Shown one piece after another: positions 39,369 to 48,526 of a stretch of 48,729 bases of DNA (position 1 is its first letter; every line of letters begins with the position of its first letter). The position numbers and the translations under genes were made by a program. This DNA is from Betaproteobacteria bacterium (lineage in GTDB: Bacteria; Pseudomonadota; Gammaproteobacteria; Burkholderiales; Burkholderiaceae): positions 1-48,729 of the forward strand of contig VGIH01000001.1 in the NCBI GenBank assembly GCA_016867965.1, written 5' to 3'. Under the pieces are notes generated by a model. The model ran no database searches and was not told the origin of the DNA. It was given only the letters and a program-made list of their open reading frames with translations.

Positions 39369-40679
39369 TTACGGCTTATTCGCCTGCTTATCCAAGCCAC
39401 GTAAGAAGGCCATGCGCTCTGCAATCTTACTTTCGAGGCCACGCTCAACCGGTTCATACCAATGCGGCTCTGCCATGCCCTGGGGTAGATAGGATTCTCC
39501 TGCGGCGTAGGCATGAGGCTCATCATGCGCGTAGCGATAGGCATGACCATGCCCTAGGTCTTTCATGAGTTGCGTTGGTGCATTACGCAAATGCACCGGC
39601 ACTTCACGACTGCGATCGGTCGCAACAAAAGCGCGAGCCGCATTAAACGCTTGGTAGCTCGCATTACTCTTGGGCGCAACTGCCAGATAAACCACGGCTT
39701 GCCCCAAGGCCAGTTCGCCTTCGGGAGATCCCAAACGCTCATAGGTTTGTGCAGCATCATTAGCAAGCTGCATCGCGCGTGGGTCCGCTAGACCAATATC
39801 TTCCCATGCCATCCGAATAATCCGGCGCGCTAGATAGCGAGGGTCAGTCCCGCCATCGAGCATGCGGCATAGCCAATAGAGCGCTGCATCGGGGTGAGAG
39901 CCGCGCACTGATTTATGCAAGGCTGAGATCTGGTCATAAAACTGATCACCGCTTTTATCAAAACGTCGTACATTGAGATTTAAGCTACTCTCAATCAAAG
40001 CCCGATCTACTGTGGAAATACCTTGAGTGCGGACGGTTTGTTGCAATTGCTCAATTAAGTTCATTAAGCGCCGCGCATCCCCGTCGGCATAGGCCACAAT
40101 AGTTGTCATGGCATCGTCACTGAGCGCAACGGTTGGTAAGGCATGATCACACGCACGCGCTAAGAGCTGCCTTAACTCATCACCGGTCAGTGGCTTCAGA
40201 ACATAGACCTGAGCGCGCGAGAGGAGGGCGGCATTAACCTCAAACGAAGGGTTCTCGGTGGTTGCGCCAATCACGGTGAAAAGACCAGATTCCATATGCG
40301 GCAGCAGCGCATCTTGTTGACTCTTATTAAACCGATGAATCTCATCAACAAATAAAATCGTTTGCCGACCAAACTGAGCCATGTCATGATGCGCTTGCTC
40401 AATCGCCTCTCGGATTTCTTTAACACCTGCAAGAACGGCTGAGATCGCAATAAAGGAGTGACGAAAGGCCTGTGCGGATAATCTAGCAATCGTGGTTTTG
40501 CCAACTCCGGGCGGTCCCCACAAAATCATCGAATGTGGTTGACCGCTTTCAAAGGCTAAGCGTAATGGTTTACCAGGTCCTAATAAGTGTGCCTGACCAA
40601 TCACTTCCTCGATGGTCTTGGGACGCAAGGCCTCGGCCAATGGCGCAATGGGTTTGGAGTCAAATAGGCTAGGCATCAT
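39369..40679 (-). CDS. rarA: Replication-associated recombination protein A (MgsA)
   Basis: [60 protein letters not shown]. Confidence 0.96.
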   Translation of the reverse strand: MMPSLFDSKPIAPLAEALRPKTIEEVIGQAHLLGPGKPLRLAFESGQPHSMILWGPPGVGKTTIARLSAQAFRHSFIAISAVLAGVKEIREAIEQAHHDMAQFGRQTILFVDEIHRFNKSQQDALLPHMESGLFTVIGATTENPSFEVNAALLSRAQVYVLKPLTGDELRQLLARACDHALPTVALSDDAMTTIVAYADGDARRLMNLIEQLQQTVRTQGISTVDRALIESSLNLNVRRFDKSGDQFYDQISALHKSVRGSHPDAALYWLCRMLDGGTDPRYLARRIIRMAWEDIGLADPRAMQLANDAAQTYERLGSPEGELALGQAVVYLAVAPKSNASYQAFNAARAFVATDRSREVPVHLRNAPTQLMKDLGHGHAYRYAHDEPHAYAAGESYLPQGMAEPHWYEPVERGLESKIAERMAFLRGLDKQANKP

Positions 40680-40752
40680 CTTCGTATTCTCGCACTTTTG
40701 TACGTTGTTATATTGTCATGACCGCGACATAAAGTCCGCTAAAATGCAGGCT

Positions 40753-41301
40753 ATGAACGAAGATAAAGAATTCTCATTTGAAAAGAAGTTACGTCCTTTG
40801 CCACGTTGGATATTTATGTCCCGCTGGCTACAAGCCCCCCTATATATCGGACTAATTGTTGCGCAAGGCGTTTATGTCTGGCAGTTCTGGATGGAGCTTG
40901 TTCATTTAATCTCAATGATGAAGGATAAGGACTTAACTGAGACTGCCTTGATGTTGGTTGTATTGGGATTAATCGACGTGGTAATGATCTCAAATCTTTT
41001 GGTGATGGTGATTGTGGGTGGTTGGGAAACCTTTGTGTCGCGCCTTGATCTACAAAATCATCCCGATGAGCCTGAATGGCTCTCTCACGTCAATGCAGGT
41101 GTCCTAAAAGTCAAATTAGCAACCGCAATTATTGGCATTTCCTCAATTCATTTATTGAAGACTTTTATCAACGCCTCTGCCTACGATGAGAAAACACTGA
41201 TCTGGCAAACCTTGATCCACGTGACCTTTGTGTTGTCGGCTATTTCTATTGCCTACACTGAAAAAATTATTACCAGCACCTATCATAAGAAGCACGAGTA
41301 A
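40753..41301 (+). CDS. UPF0114/YqhA (TIGR00645) membrane protein
   Basis: [54 protein letters not shown]; start at ATG 40753 (7 nt after TAAAAT) avoids overlap with rarA. Confidence 0.88.
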   Translation: MNEDKEFSFEKKLRPLPRWIFMSRWLQAPLYIGLIVAQGVYVWQFWMELVHLISMMKDKDLTETALMLVVLGLIDVVMISNLLVMVIVGGWETFVSRLDLQNHPDEPEWLSHVNAGVLKVKLATAIIGISSIHLLKTFINASAYDEKTLIWQTLIHVTFVLSAISIAYTEKIITSTYHKKHE

Positions 41302-41772
41302 CTAGGCGTTGCGCACCAAGCTAGTTAGGCCCGCCCATATCAAACAAATTGCTGCCACAACTGTTAAATGCGTACGCATAGTGAGAAATGCACTCGCGGT
41401 GTCTGGGCTTGTAAAGTAATAGCGGTAGGTGTTTTGATCAATCACACGCTGGACGACGAGGGTTGCTGCGAGTAGTAAAAGCGCAAGTGGAATAAAGATA
41501 TGAATTGCCAACCAAGCAATTAGCGCTGGCATGATTCCCCAAATCCAAACACTGTGATCAAGCCAGCGATTCTGGGTTGACTCGCCAATCGTCTTAAAGC
41601 AAGCCCCCCAGTGCAAAGCGCCCAAAAATGAGGCGATCACCGCACCATATGCAACCAATGACTCAAGAGCGATAAGGTCATTGGGGCTGTCAGCCAACTG
41701 CACCATAAATGCCAGTCCAATAAATGGAATTAAGCCGGCATACCCGAGGATCCGCACAATTGCTGGCAGCAT
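41302..41772 (-). CDS. DUF3429-like membrane protein
   Basis: LGYAGLIPF, YGAVIASFLGALHWG, MRTHLT; ATG 41772 directly follows the hbd stop. Confidence 0.8.
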   Translation of the reverse strand: MLPAIVRILGYAGLIPFIGLAFMVQLADSPNDLIALESLVAYGAVIASFLGALHWGACFKTIGESTQNRWLDHSVWIWGIMPALIAWLAIHIFIPLALLLLAATLVVQRVIDQNTYRYYFTSPDTASAFLTMRTHLTVVAAICLIWAGLTSLVRNA

Positions 41773-41773
41773 C

Positions 41774-42631
41774 TTACTTCGTGTCGTAGGCATAGACTCC
41801 ACGCCCAGTCTTGCGTCCAAGCTGTCCCTTGGCAACTAAATCAACCAGTAGCGGTGATGGGCGATATTTATCATCTTTAAATTCGTGGTGATACACCTCC
41901 ATAATTGCTAGGCAAGTATCTAAACCAATTAGATCAGCCAATGCCAGTGGACCGATGGGGTGATTGCACCCAAGTTTCATGCCGGTATCAATATCTTCTG
42001 GACTCGCAATTCCTTCATGCAAGACAAAGAAAGCTTCATTAATCATTGGTAGAAGGATGCGATTCACCACAAAACCTGGTGAGCTTTGTACCGTAATGGG
42101 TTCCTTGCCCATGCGCGTGGCCATTGCAAGTACGGCCTTTAGGGTCTCGGGACTCGTTTGCTTGCCCATAATGACTTCAATTAGAGCCATTAGGGGTGGG
42201 GGATTAAAGAAATGAATCCCAATAAAGCGCTCTGGTCGTGAGTTGCGTGAACCCAGATGCGTAATCGAGATGGATGAAGTATTGCTCGCAATAATGGCAT
42301 CTTTGCTGACCACCTGATCCACTTGATGAAGAATCGATTCTTTAATGGTTTGGTTCTCTGTGGCAGCCTCAATCACCAAAGAGACAGAAGCAAGATCGGC
42401 GTAATGTGTCGTTGTTTTAATCCGCGCCAATGTTTGGGATTTTTGCTCAGCACTAATCGCTTCTTTCTTAATGAGTCGATCGAGGCTGTAATTGAGTGCT
42501 GCCAACCCTTTTTCCAGTGCTGTATCGCTAACATCTAGCAAAACGACATCGTAGGCAGCGCTTGCAGCAACCTGAGCAATACCATTGCCCATTGTGCCAG
42601 CGCCAATAATTCCGATTTTTGAGATATCCAT
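41774..42631 (-). CDS. hbd: 3-hydroxybutyryl-CoA dehydrogenase
   Basis: GAGTMGNGIA, IEAATE, SNTSS, HFFNP, PGFVVNR, HPIGPLALADLIGLD. Confidence 0.92.
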   Translation of the reverse strand: MDISKIGIIGAGTMGNGIAQVAASAAYDVVLLDVSDTALEKGLAALNYSLDRLIKKEAISAEQKSQTLARIKTTTHYADLASVSLVIEAATENQTIKESILHQVDQVVSKDAIIASNTSSISITHLGSRNSRPERFIGIHFFNPPPLMALIEVIMGKQTSPETLKAVLAMATRMGKEPITVQSSPGFVVNRILLPMINEAFFVLHEGIASPEDIDTGMKLGCNHPIGPLALADLIGLDTCLAIMEVYHHEFKDDKYRPSPLLVDLVAKGQLGRKTGRGVYAYDTK

Positions 42632-42672
42632 TTTTACGTTTATTGGTAAAAGAAGGATATTATTTTACTGTT

Positions 42673-43080
42673 TTAGTGTCCTGAATTCAGTATTCCAGAT
42701 GCTGCCAAAACAAGAATAACCACTTCCAGTATCGCAATGCCAAGATAGAGATAGTCCGAGTTCTTGGCAAGAATCGGAATAATTCTGAGATAGCAAAGGA
42801 CCGTTATCAAAGACAGCGTAGTGATACCCAAAAAATTCATATAATCACTTTTGCTTGCGTGCATCAGCCAATCCCACCCCGTTGGTGAGCCTGTTACCTT
42901 ATTGAATTCCTCCGCAGATAGCGACCAATATTTTGCGAAATGCTCGAGTTGGATATGAGGTTCAGAAGTGAATCCAAAAATATAATTTGTAAAACTAAAG
43001 ATTAGTAATACAAAACCGACACGCATACCGTGCTCAAGCCATTTTGCATAAACAAGTTGTTCTTCTCTTATTTTTATCAT
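42673..43080 (-). CDS. DUF1634-like membrane protein (TauE partner)
   Basis: EEQLVYAKWL, PTGWDW, DYMNFLGI, LVLAASGIL; 3 TM segments; ATG 43080 after the tauE stop. Confidence 0.65.
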   Translation of the reverse strand: MIKIREEQLVYAKWLEHGMRVGFVLLIFSFTNYIFGFTSEPHIQLEHFAKYWSLSAEEFNKVTGSPTGWDWLMHASKSDYMNFLGITTLSLITVLCYLRIIPILAKNSDYLYLGIAILEVVILVLAASGILNSGH

Positions 43081-43087
43081 TATTAAT

Positions 43088-44038
43088 TCAAATTTCCAGG
43101 CCTTTAAGTAAGGCGCGAAGTCCTGCGAAGAATAAAAGAACAATAATTATGATGCGAATATATTTGGATTGAATGATCGCCAAAAGCTTTACCCCGATTA
43201 AAGACCCAAGCATTACTCCAATGACTGACGGAACAGCAATAATTGCCAAAACAGCGCCTTGATTTATGTAAACCCACACGGCAGAAGTGTCAACAATGGA
43301 GAGTAGAAATTTTGAAGATGCAACTGACAGTTTTAGTGGTGCACCCAATACTAAATTTAGTACTGGAACGTTGGCCCAACCCGCTCCCAAACCAAATAAA
43401 CCAGCCAAAAATCCAATCCCAATAAATAAAAATAGTGCAGGAATAGTGCGATGTACTCGCCAAGAAACATCTCGATTAATTGCGGGATCGTGATAAATCC
43501 CATAGATTCTCAAGCTATTTGATAAAGAGTCGCTAGCTGGCACCCGAGGAAACTCGGATTCCTTGGATTTATACATGAGGTAAACGATTAATAGGATTGC
43601 AATTCCTAAACAGATTTGAACTATGTTTGCTGGCATTGCCAAGCCAATTAATGCTCCAAAGATGGAAGAGATCGATGCAATAAACGCCATTGGCATCACT
43701 AGGCGTAAATCAGCAAGACTTGTTTTGAGGAGCTTGGGGCTAGCGGCAAGCGCACCAGCTAAGGCAATTAGTAAGCCAGCACCCCTAACAAAATCTAGAT
43801 GGAAAGGAAAAAAACCGCTGACAATCGGAACGAATAAAACACCACCACCGACTCCTCCAAGCACACCAACAACGCCAATTAAAAAGCTAACAACGAATAG
43901 TGCTAATGGCCATACCCACCAGTTGTTATCCACCGATAACGAGTTGTTGTCTGCGAAAACATCATTACCAATTAATGATAAGCAAAGCAAAACGGATAAA
44001 CGCGAGATGCTTAGTGATTGACTAACACTATTTTTCAT
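43088..44038 (-). CDS. Sulfite exporter TauE/SafE (TSUP) family protein
   Basis: Duplicated Gly motifs GVLGGVGGGVLFVP and GLFGLGAGWANVP; many TM segments; TATAAT 7 nt before ATG. Confidence 0.88.
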   Translation of the reverse strand: MKNSVSQSLSISRLSVLLCLSLIGNDVFADNNSLSVDNNWWVWPLALFVVSFLIGVVGVLGGVGGGVLFVPIVSGFFPFHLDFVRGAGLLIALAGALAASPKLLKTSLADLRLVMPMAFIASISSIFGALIGLAMPANIVQICLGIAILLIVYLMYKSKESEFPRVPASDSLSNSLRIYGIYHDPAINRDVSWRVHRTIPALFLFIGIGFLAGLFGLGAGWANVPVLNLVLGAPLKLSVASSKFLLSIVDTSAVWVYINQGAVLAIIAVPSVIGVMLGSLIGVKLLAIIQSKYIRIIIIVLLFFAGLRALLKGLEI

Positions 44039-44078
44039 CCGATAAATTATAACTCAAGCTTAAATACGTTCTAACAAT

Positions 44079-44780
44079 CTATCGTTGATACTGTTGCTTA
44101 CCGAATAAAATATCTTTTGCTTGAGCGTCATATGCAGGTTTTCTTAAAGATGCAAGAACTGATAATCCGCGTTCAACAGCAGGGCGTTGCTGAATTTCAT
44201 TAAACCAGCGATTAAAGTGTTTTAGTTTCAAAATATCAATGCCTTGCTTTTCCCAATTTCTTGTCCAGGGAAAAATAGCAATATCTGCAATCGTGTACTC
44301 ATTCCCTGAAACATAGCGATGCGACCCAAGCTGTTTATCAAGCACCCGGTAAAGTCGTAATGCCTCGTTGGTATATCGATCAATTGCATAAGATACCTTT
44401 TCAGGAGCATATAGTCTAAAGTGATGATTCTGTCCAAGCATGGGGCCTAGGCCACCCATCTGGAACATTAACCATTGAAGTGTCTTATAACGATCCGTTG
44501 TCGACTGAGGCAAAAATCGTCCTGTTTTACCCGCAAGATATATTAGGATTGCTCCCGATTCAAAAAGATGAAATGGATTTCCATCGGGACCATGAGAATC
44601 TACAATCGCAGGGATTTTATTATTAGGACTAATTTTCAAGAAATCCTTTTTGAACTGATCCCCTTTGCTTATATCAATCGGGATGGCTTCCCAGTCTCTT
44701 CCTAATACAAAGCCACATTCTTCAAGCATGATATGAACTTTGTGACCATTTGGCGTTGGCCATGAATAAACATGAATCAT
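44079..44780 (-). CDS. yfcG: Nu-class glutathione S-transferase (YfcG-like)
   Basis: YSWPTPNGHKV, SPNNKIPAI, FESGAIL, WLMFQMGGLGPMLGQ. Confidence 0.85.
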   Translation of the reverse strand: MIHVYSWPTPNGHKVHIMLEECGFVLGRDWEAIPIDISKGDQFKKDFLKISPNNKIPAIVDSHGPDGNPFHLFESGAILIYLAGKTGRFLPQSTTDRYKTLQWLMFQMGGLGPMLGQNHHFRLYAPEKVSYAIDRYTNEALRLYRVLDKQLGSHRYVSGNEYTIADIAIFPWTRNWEKQGIDILKLKHFNRWFNEIQQRPAVERGLSVLASLRKPAYDAQAKDILFGKQQYQR

Positions 44781-44783
44781 ACG

Positions 44784-45980
44784 TTAGACCTTTTCATTTA
44801 GTTTAAAAAGACGTTCCAAAGCATTTTCTAAGGTTGATTTTTGCTTGGCAAAACAGAACCGAATGTGCCCGTTTTCGTGACGATTAAGATAAAACGATGA
44901 GAGTGGAATTGCATTTACTCCAATCTCCTTAGTGAGCCAAGTGCAAAAATCAAATTCACTCAATTGTGATTGTGGAATATTTAGGTCTTTATAGCTTACA
45001 CATTGAAAGTAAGTACCTTCTTGCTTAAGTAGCTGAAATGGCGTTTGCTGAAGACCCGCTTGGAAGAAATCTCTTTTTTCTTGATAAAAATCCGAGAGCT
45101 TGAGATAGTGATGTGGATCGGAGAGATAGTCAGCAATTGCATATTGAATTGGATGGTTTACTGAAAATACATTGTATTGGTGTACTTTTTGAAAGATTTT
45201 GGTGAGCGCTTGGGGAGCGGCAACATAGGCAATTTTCCAGCCAGTCACATGAAAGGTTTTGCCAAAACTTGAAATTACAAATGATCGATCAGCAAGCTCG
45301 CGATGACTTGCTGCACTAAAAAAATGGTAAGGCTTAAACACCATGTGCTCATAAACTTCATCGCTGATTACCAAGATATTACGATTCTTGATAGCGTTGT
45401 ACAAATTCTCAATATCCTGCTGAGTCCAAACAGTACCGGTTGGATTGTGCGGACTATTGATAATTATTAAACGGGTTTTATCAGTAATCGAGGCGTTTAT
45501 TTCGTTCCAAGGCAGTGCGTAAGTCAATTGTTTTGTTTTTGTATCGTGCTGAAGTTTCATTTGGACTGGCACTGGGGTACCCCCAGCCAAATAGATTGCA
45601 GGTAAGTAGCTATCAAATGCGGGCTCTATGATTAAAACCTCATCGTCTCTTTCCACACAACTCAAAATTGCCGTGAAAATAGCCTGGGTTGCTCCAGCGG
45701 TAATGGTGATTTCTTTGTCAGGGCAATATTCACGACCGTAGAGCGCTCTGATTTTTTGGCTTATTTGCTCGCGTAATTCCTTTACTCCATTCATTGGGGC
45801 GTATTGGTTGAAACCTTTGCTGATGTAATGGGTTACAAGTTCAGCTAACTGCGTGGGGCAGGCAAAATCCGGAAATCCTTGCCCTAAGTTGATGGCTTTG
45901 TTCTCGGATGCCAACCTTGTCATTACCGTAAAAACGGTGGTTTCATCATTTGGAATTTTTTGGGGGAGATTAAAAGCCAT
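44784..45980 (-). CDS. ybdL: PLP-dependent class I aminotransferase (YbdL-like)
   Basis: AINLGQGFPDF, GATQAI, NSPHNPTG, SDEVYEH, SFGKTFHVTGWK. Confidence 0.87.
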   Translation of the reverse strand: MAFNLPQKIPNDETTVFTVMTRLASENKAINLGQGFPDFACPTQLAELVTHYISKGFNQYAPMNGVKELREQISQKIRALYGREYCPDKEITITAGATQAIFTAILSCVERDDEVLIIEPAFDSYLPAIYLAGGTPVPVQMKLQHDTKTKQLTYALPWNEINASITDKTRLIIINSPHNPTGTVWTQQDIENLYNAIKNRNILVISDEVYEHMVFKPYHFFSAASHRELADRSFVISSFGKTFHVTGWKIAYVAAPQALTKIFQKVHQYNVFSVNHPIQYAIADYLSDPHHYLKLSDFYQEKRDFFQAGLQQTPFQLLKQEGTYFQCVSYKDLNIPQSQLSEFDFCTWLTKEIGVNAIPLSSFYLNRHENGHIRFCFAKQKSTLENALERLFKLNEKV

Positions 45981-46063
45981 ATTTACAGTTATTATTTCGT
46001 TTAAGGATTAGGGGCTTTTACCATCATAAATCTAACTTTTCGAATCCATTTATCTGAATACCT

Positions 46064-46834
46064 ATGCTCATCGTTTTGTCACCCGCTAAATCCCTCGATT
46101 ACGAATCACCACTCAAAATCAAGAAACACACCCTACCTGATTTTATTGGGGAGTCGGCCAAGCTCATTGCGGATCTCAAAAAACTCTCGCCACAACAGGT
46201 CGGGAAGTTAATGGGAATCTCAGACCCATTATCAGTTCTGAATGTGGGGCGTTATCGCGATTGGTCAAAAACATTTACAACGGAGAACAGTCGCCCAGCG
46301 CTCCTCGCTTTCAATGGGGATGTATACGAGGGTTTTGATGCAAAATCCTTGGATGCGAAGGCCCTTGACTTTGCGCAAGAGCATCTGCGGATTTTGTCAG
46401 GCTTGTATGGAGTCTTGCGCCCCCTCGATTTAATGCAACCCTATCGCCTGGAAATGGGCACTGCTCTAAAAAATGCGCGCGGCAAGGATTTGTATGCTTT
46501 TTGGGGCGATCGCATTACTAAAGCCCTTGAGAAAACACTGAGTCAACAGAAAAAACCGGTTCTACTGAACTTGGCTTCCGAAGAGTATTTCAAGGTATTG
46601 CAAGCCGATGCACTGGGATGCCCAGTCATTTCACCAATTTTTCAGGATGAGAAGGACGGTAAGTACAAAATCATTTCTTTCTATGCCAAGCGGGCACGCG
46701 GACTCATGGCGCGCTTTGTAGTGGACAATTGCATCACCGATGTTGCAGACCTTAAGAACTTTAAATCGGAGGGCTATCGGTATAGCGCTGCAGAATCGAA
46801 GCCGAATAAACCCGTATTTCGTCGTGCAGAATAA
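46064..46834 (+). CDS. yaaA: Peroxide stress protein YaaA
   Basis: [52 protein letters not shown]. Confidence 0.95.
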   Translation: MLIVLSPAKSLDYESPLKIKKHTLPDFIGESAKLIADLKKLSPQQVGKLMGISDPLSVLNVGRYRDWSKTFTTENSRPALLAFNGDVYEGFDAKSLDAKALDFAQEHLRILSGLYGVLRPLDLMQPYRLEMGTALKNARGKDLYAFWGDRITKALEKTLSQQKKPVLLNLASEEYFKVLQADALGCPVISPIFQDEKDGKYKIISFYAKRARGLMARFVVDNCITDVADLKNFKSEGYRYSAAESKPNKPVFRRAE

Positions 46835-46881
46835 GCGAAGTAAATTCTGAAGTAAACATTTAGCAGGAGTGCTCATTCATT

Positions 46882-48093
46882 ATGGCGGTTCATCGTTCTA
46901 AAACATCTCAACGTACCTCGCCTGAGACCGAGCGCTTAGTGGCCGATTCCATTTCTCTGGCAGCATCGGGCAGTCAGATTGAGGATCGGTATTGGGAAGA
47001 GCGTTTACGAACCCGCCTACTCAAGCTTTTGAAGAGCCATCATCAATCGGTGATTGATGCAGCTCTTGATCAGACCTTTCGGATTAATACGGTTGCTTTT
47101 GAAGTATTGACCGATACTGCTGAGACCTTGGCCGAGTCCATGAGTTTTGAGCATGAGGGTACGCATTGGGATGCATTGCTGATTGCGATGCCCATTGTGG
47201 CCCATACCCGTTATCAAATTCCTTCGGGGCCGTTACCCGTTTCCTTAATTGAAGCATCGGCTAGCGCATTGCAACGCGCAGTGGCTGCTGAGGGTACGCA
47301 ATTTGCGATCGTGCCATGGCTCTACAGCATTGACCAAATGCCTCATTCGCATACCCAGACTCGCAGCTTACTTGAGACCCTGGCGAAAGCTGCTGTATCT
47401 GGTGGTGAGATGAAACTCGAGCTGCGTGATATGTCGGAGACGATTGCCGTCCTGGCGGATCCACGATTCATTCTGGTAGTAATCATTGCGCCACATCAGC
47501 AACCGATCTTTCGGTGGCAAATGGATGGCCCTCAGCGGCAAGAGCGCGGTGTGGCTCTAGCAGAGTGGCAAAGTGCGATGTACGACCCACTGTGTCAACT
47601 CTTACCCGGTTGTGAGTTTGAGCTCCTTTTGCCTGAGGCGTATTTCACGAACTGTCGCTTAGCCGATAAACATGTGCGGCCTTTGAGCATTCGTGCAGCT
47701 GTGAACTTTTTAGAGTCTAGCCTTGGCGTACTACCAGTGGGTTTGGCTTGTGTGGTGGGTGCCTTTGGTGAGGAGCAAGCCGATGAATATCGCATCGCAT
47801 TTAGCCTCAAAGGCTCATCGGAGATTATTTATGGGGTGATTTGGCCCTTATACGATCGAGAGAGTGTGGCGAGTGATGCACTCAATGATGTATCGGACGA
47901 GGAGAGCCCGATTAAACGAATTTGCGATGCCTTGCATGACGCAGGCGTGGAAGATGTATTCCGGCATGCTGTCTTATTTACACCCGAGTTATGTGATGAT
48001 TGTGGGGTACCACTTTTTCCAGATCGGCAGGGGGAGGTGGTTCATGCCGAGATGCCCGAAGATAGTCCTTCGCAGCAACCCTTATTTCATTAA
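46882..48093 (+). CDS. DUF2863-like conserved betaproteobacterial protein
   Basis: SGSQIEDRYWE, DEYRIAF, YGVIWPLY, CDDCGVPLFPD..GEVVHAEMP; AGGAG SD. Confidence 0.75.
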   Translation: MAVHRSKTSQRTSPETERLVADSISLAASGSQIEDRYWEERLRTRLLKLLKSHHQSVIDAALDQTFRINTVAFEVLTDTAETLAESMSFEHEGTHWDALLIAMPIVAHTRYQIPSGPLPVSLIEASASALQRAVAAEGTQFAIVPWLYSIDQMPHSHTQTRSLLETLAKAAVSGGEMKLELRDMSETIAVLADPRFILVVIIAPHQQPIFRWQMDGPQRQERGVALAEWQSAMYDPLCQLLPGCEFELLLPEAYFTNCRLADKHVRPLSIRAAVNFLESSLGVLPVGLACVVGAFGEEQADEYRIAFSLKGSSEIIYGVIWPLYDRESVASDALNDVSDEESPIKRICDALHDAGVEDVFRHAVLFTPELCDDCGVPLFPDRQGEVVHAEMPEDSPSQQPLFH

Positions 48094-48108
48094 TTCGGAT
48101 TAGCTTGA

Positions 48109-48489
48109 TTACTTCTCGAGGGCGAGAAGATGGGCTTCGTTGCCTTCTTTCATTGCCACGGTCTTGCATTCGTCGGCCAAACGAACACCTGTTTTGATAT
48201 TAAACAGCATCGCTTTAGGACCAATTACAACTAAGTCGAGACCACTGTCGTAGTTCTTAAACCGCATGCTACCTGGCAGGGACTGCTCTTTGAGCATGGC
48301 ATACGACTTTTTACGCCATTGCACGATCAGTTTTTCAGCAGGACCGCTCGTAACAAAACGCTCATTGTTACTGCAGGTCCAAATATGGGGGATCGTCAAC
48401 GCACTCTCTTGAGCGTTAACATCATGCGCAACACCAAGCGTCACACCAACGAGCAATGTTGGAAGTAATGAGCTTGGTAATTTGCGCAT
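48109..48489 (-). CDS. Small exported two-Cys protein, MliC/PliC-like
   Basis: AGGAGA SD before ATG 48489; signal peptide; WTC...SLPGSMRF...KAMLF..K.GVRLADEC. Confidence 0.55.
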   Translation of the reverse strand: MRKLPSSLLPTLLVGVTLGVAHDVNAQESALTIPHIWTCSNNERFVTSGPAEKLIVQWRKKSYAMLKEQSLPGSMRFKNYDSGLDLVVIGPKAMLFNIKTGVRLADECKTVAMKEGNEAHLLALEK

Positions 48490-48526
48490 GCCATCTCCTA
48501 TAGTCAACCTCTTCAATGAAATGATC

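Noticed and set aside
46860-46875. TTAGCA-G-GAGTGCTCA resembling CIRCE half-sites
   Set aside because: Lacks the full TTAGCACTC arm and the 9-nt spacer; explained by the AGGAG SD.
64-48169. Many 60-180 aa alternative-frame or antisense ORFs in the track (e.g. 24299-24841, 22364-22867, 43623-44021)
   Set aside because: They lie inside well-supported genes, have no recognisable motifs, and are expected shadows of codon bias or low-complexity linkers.
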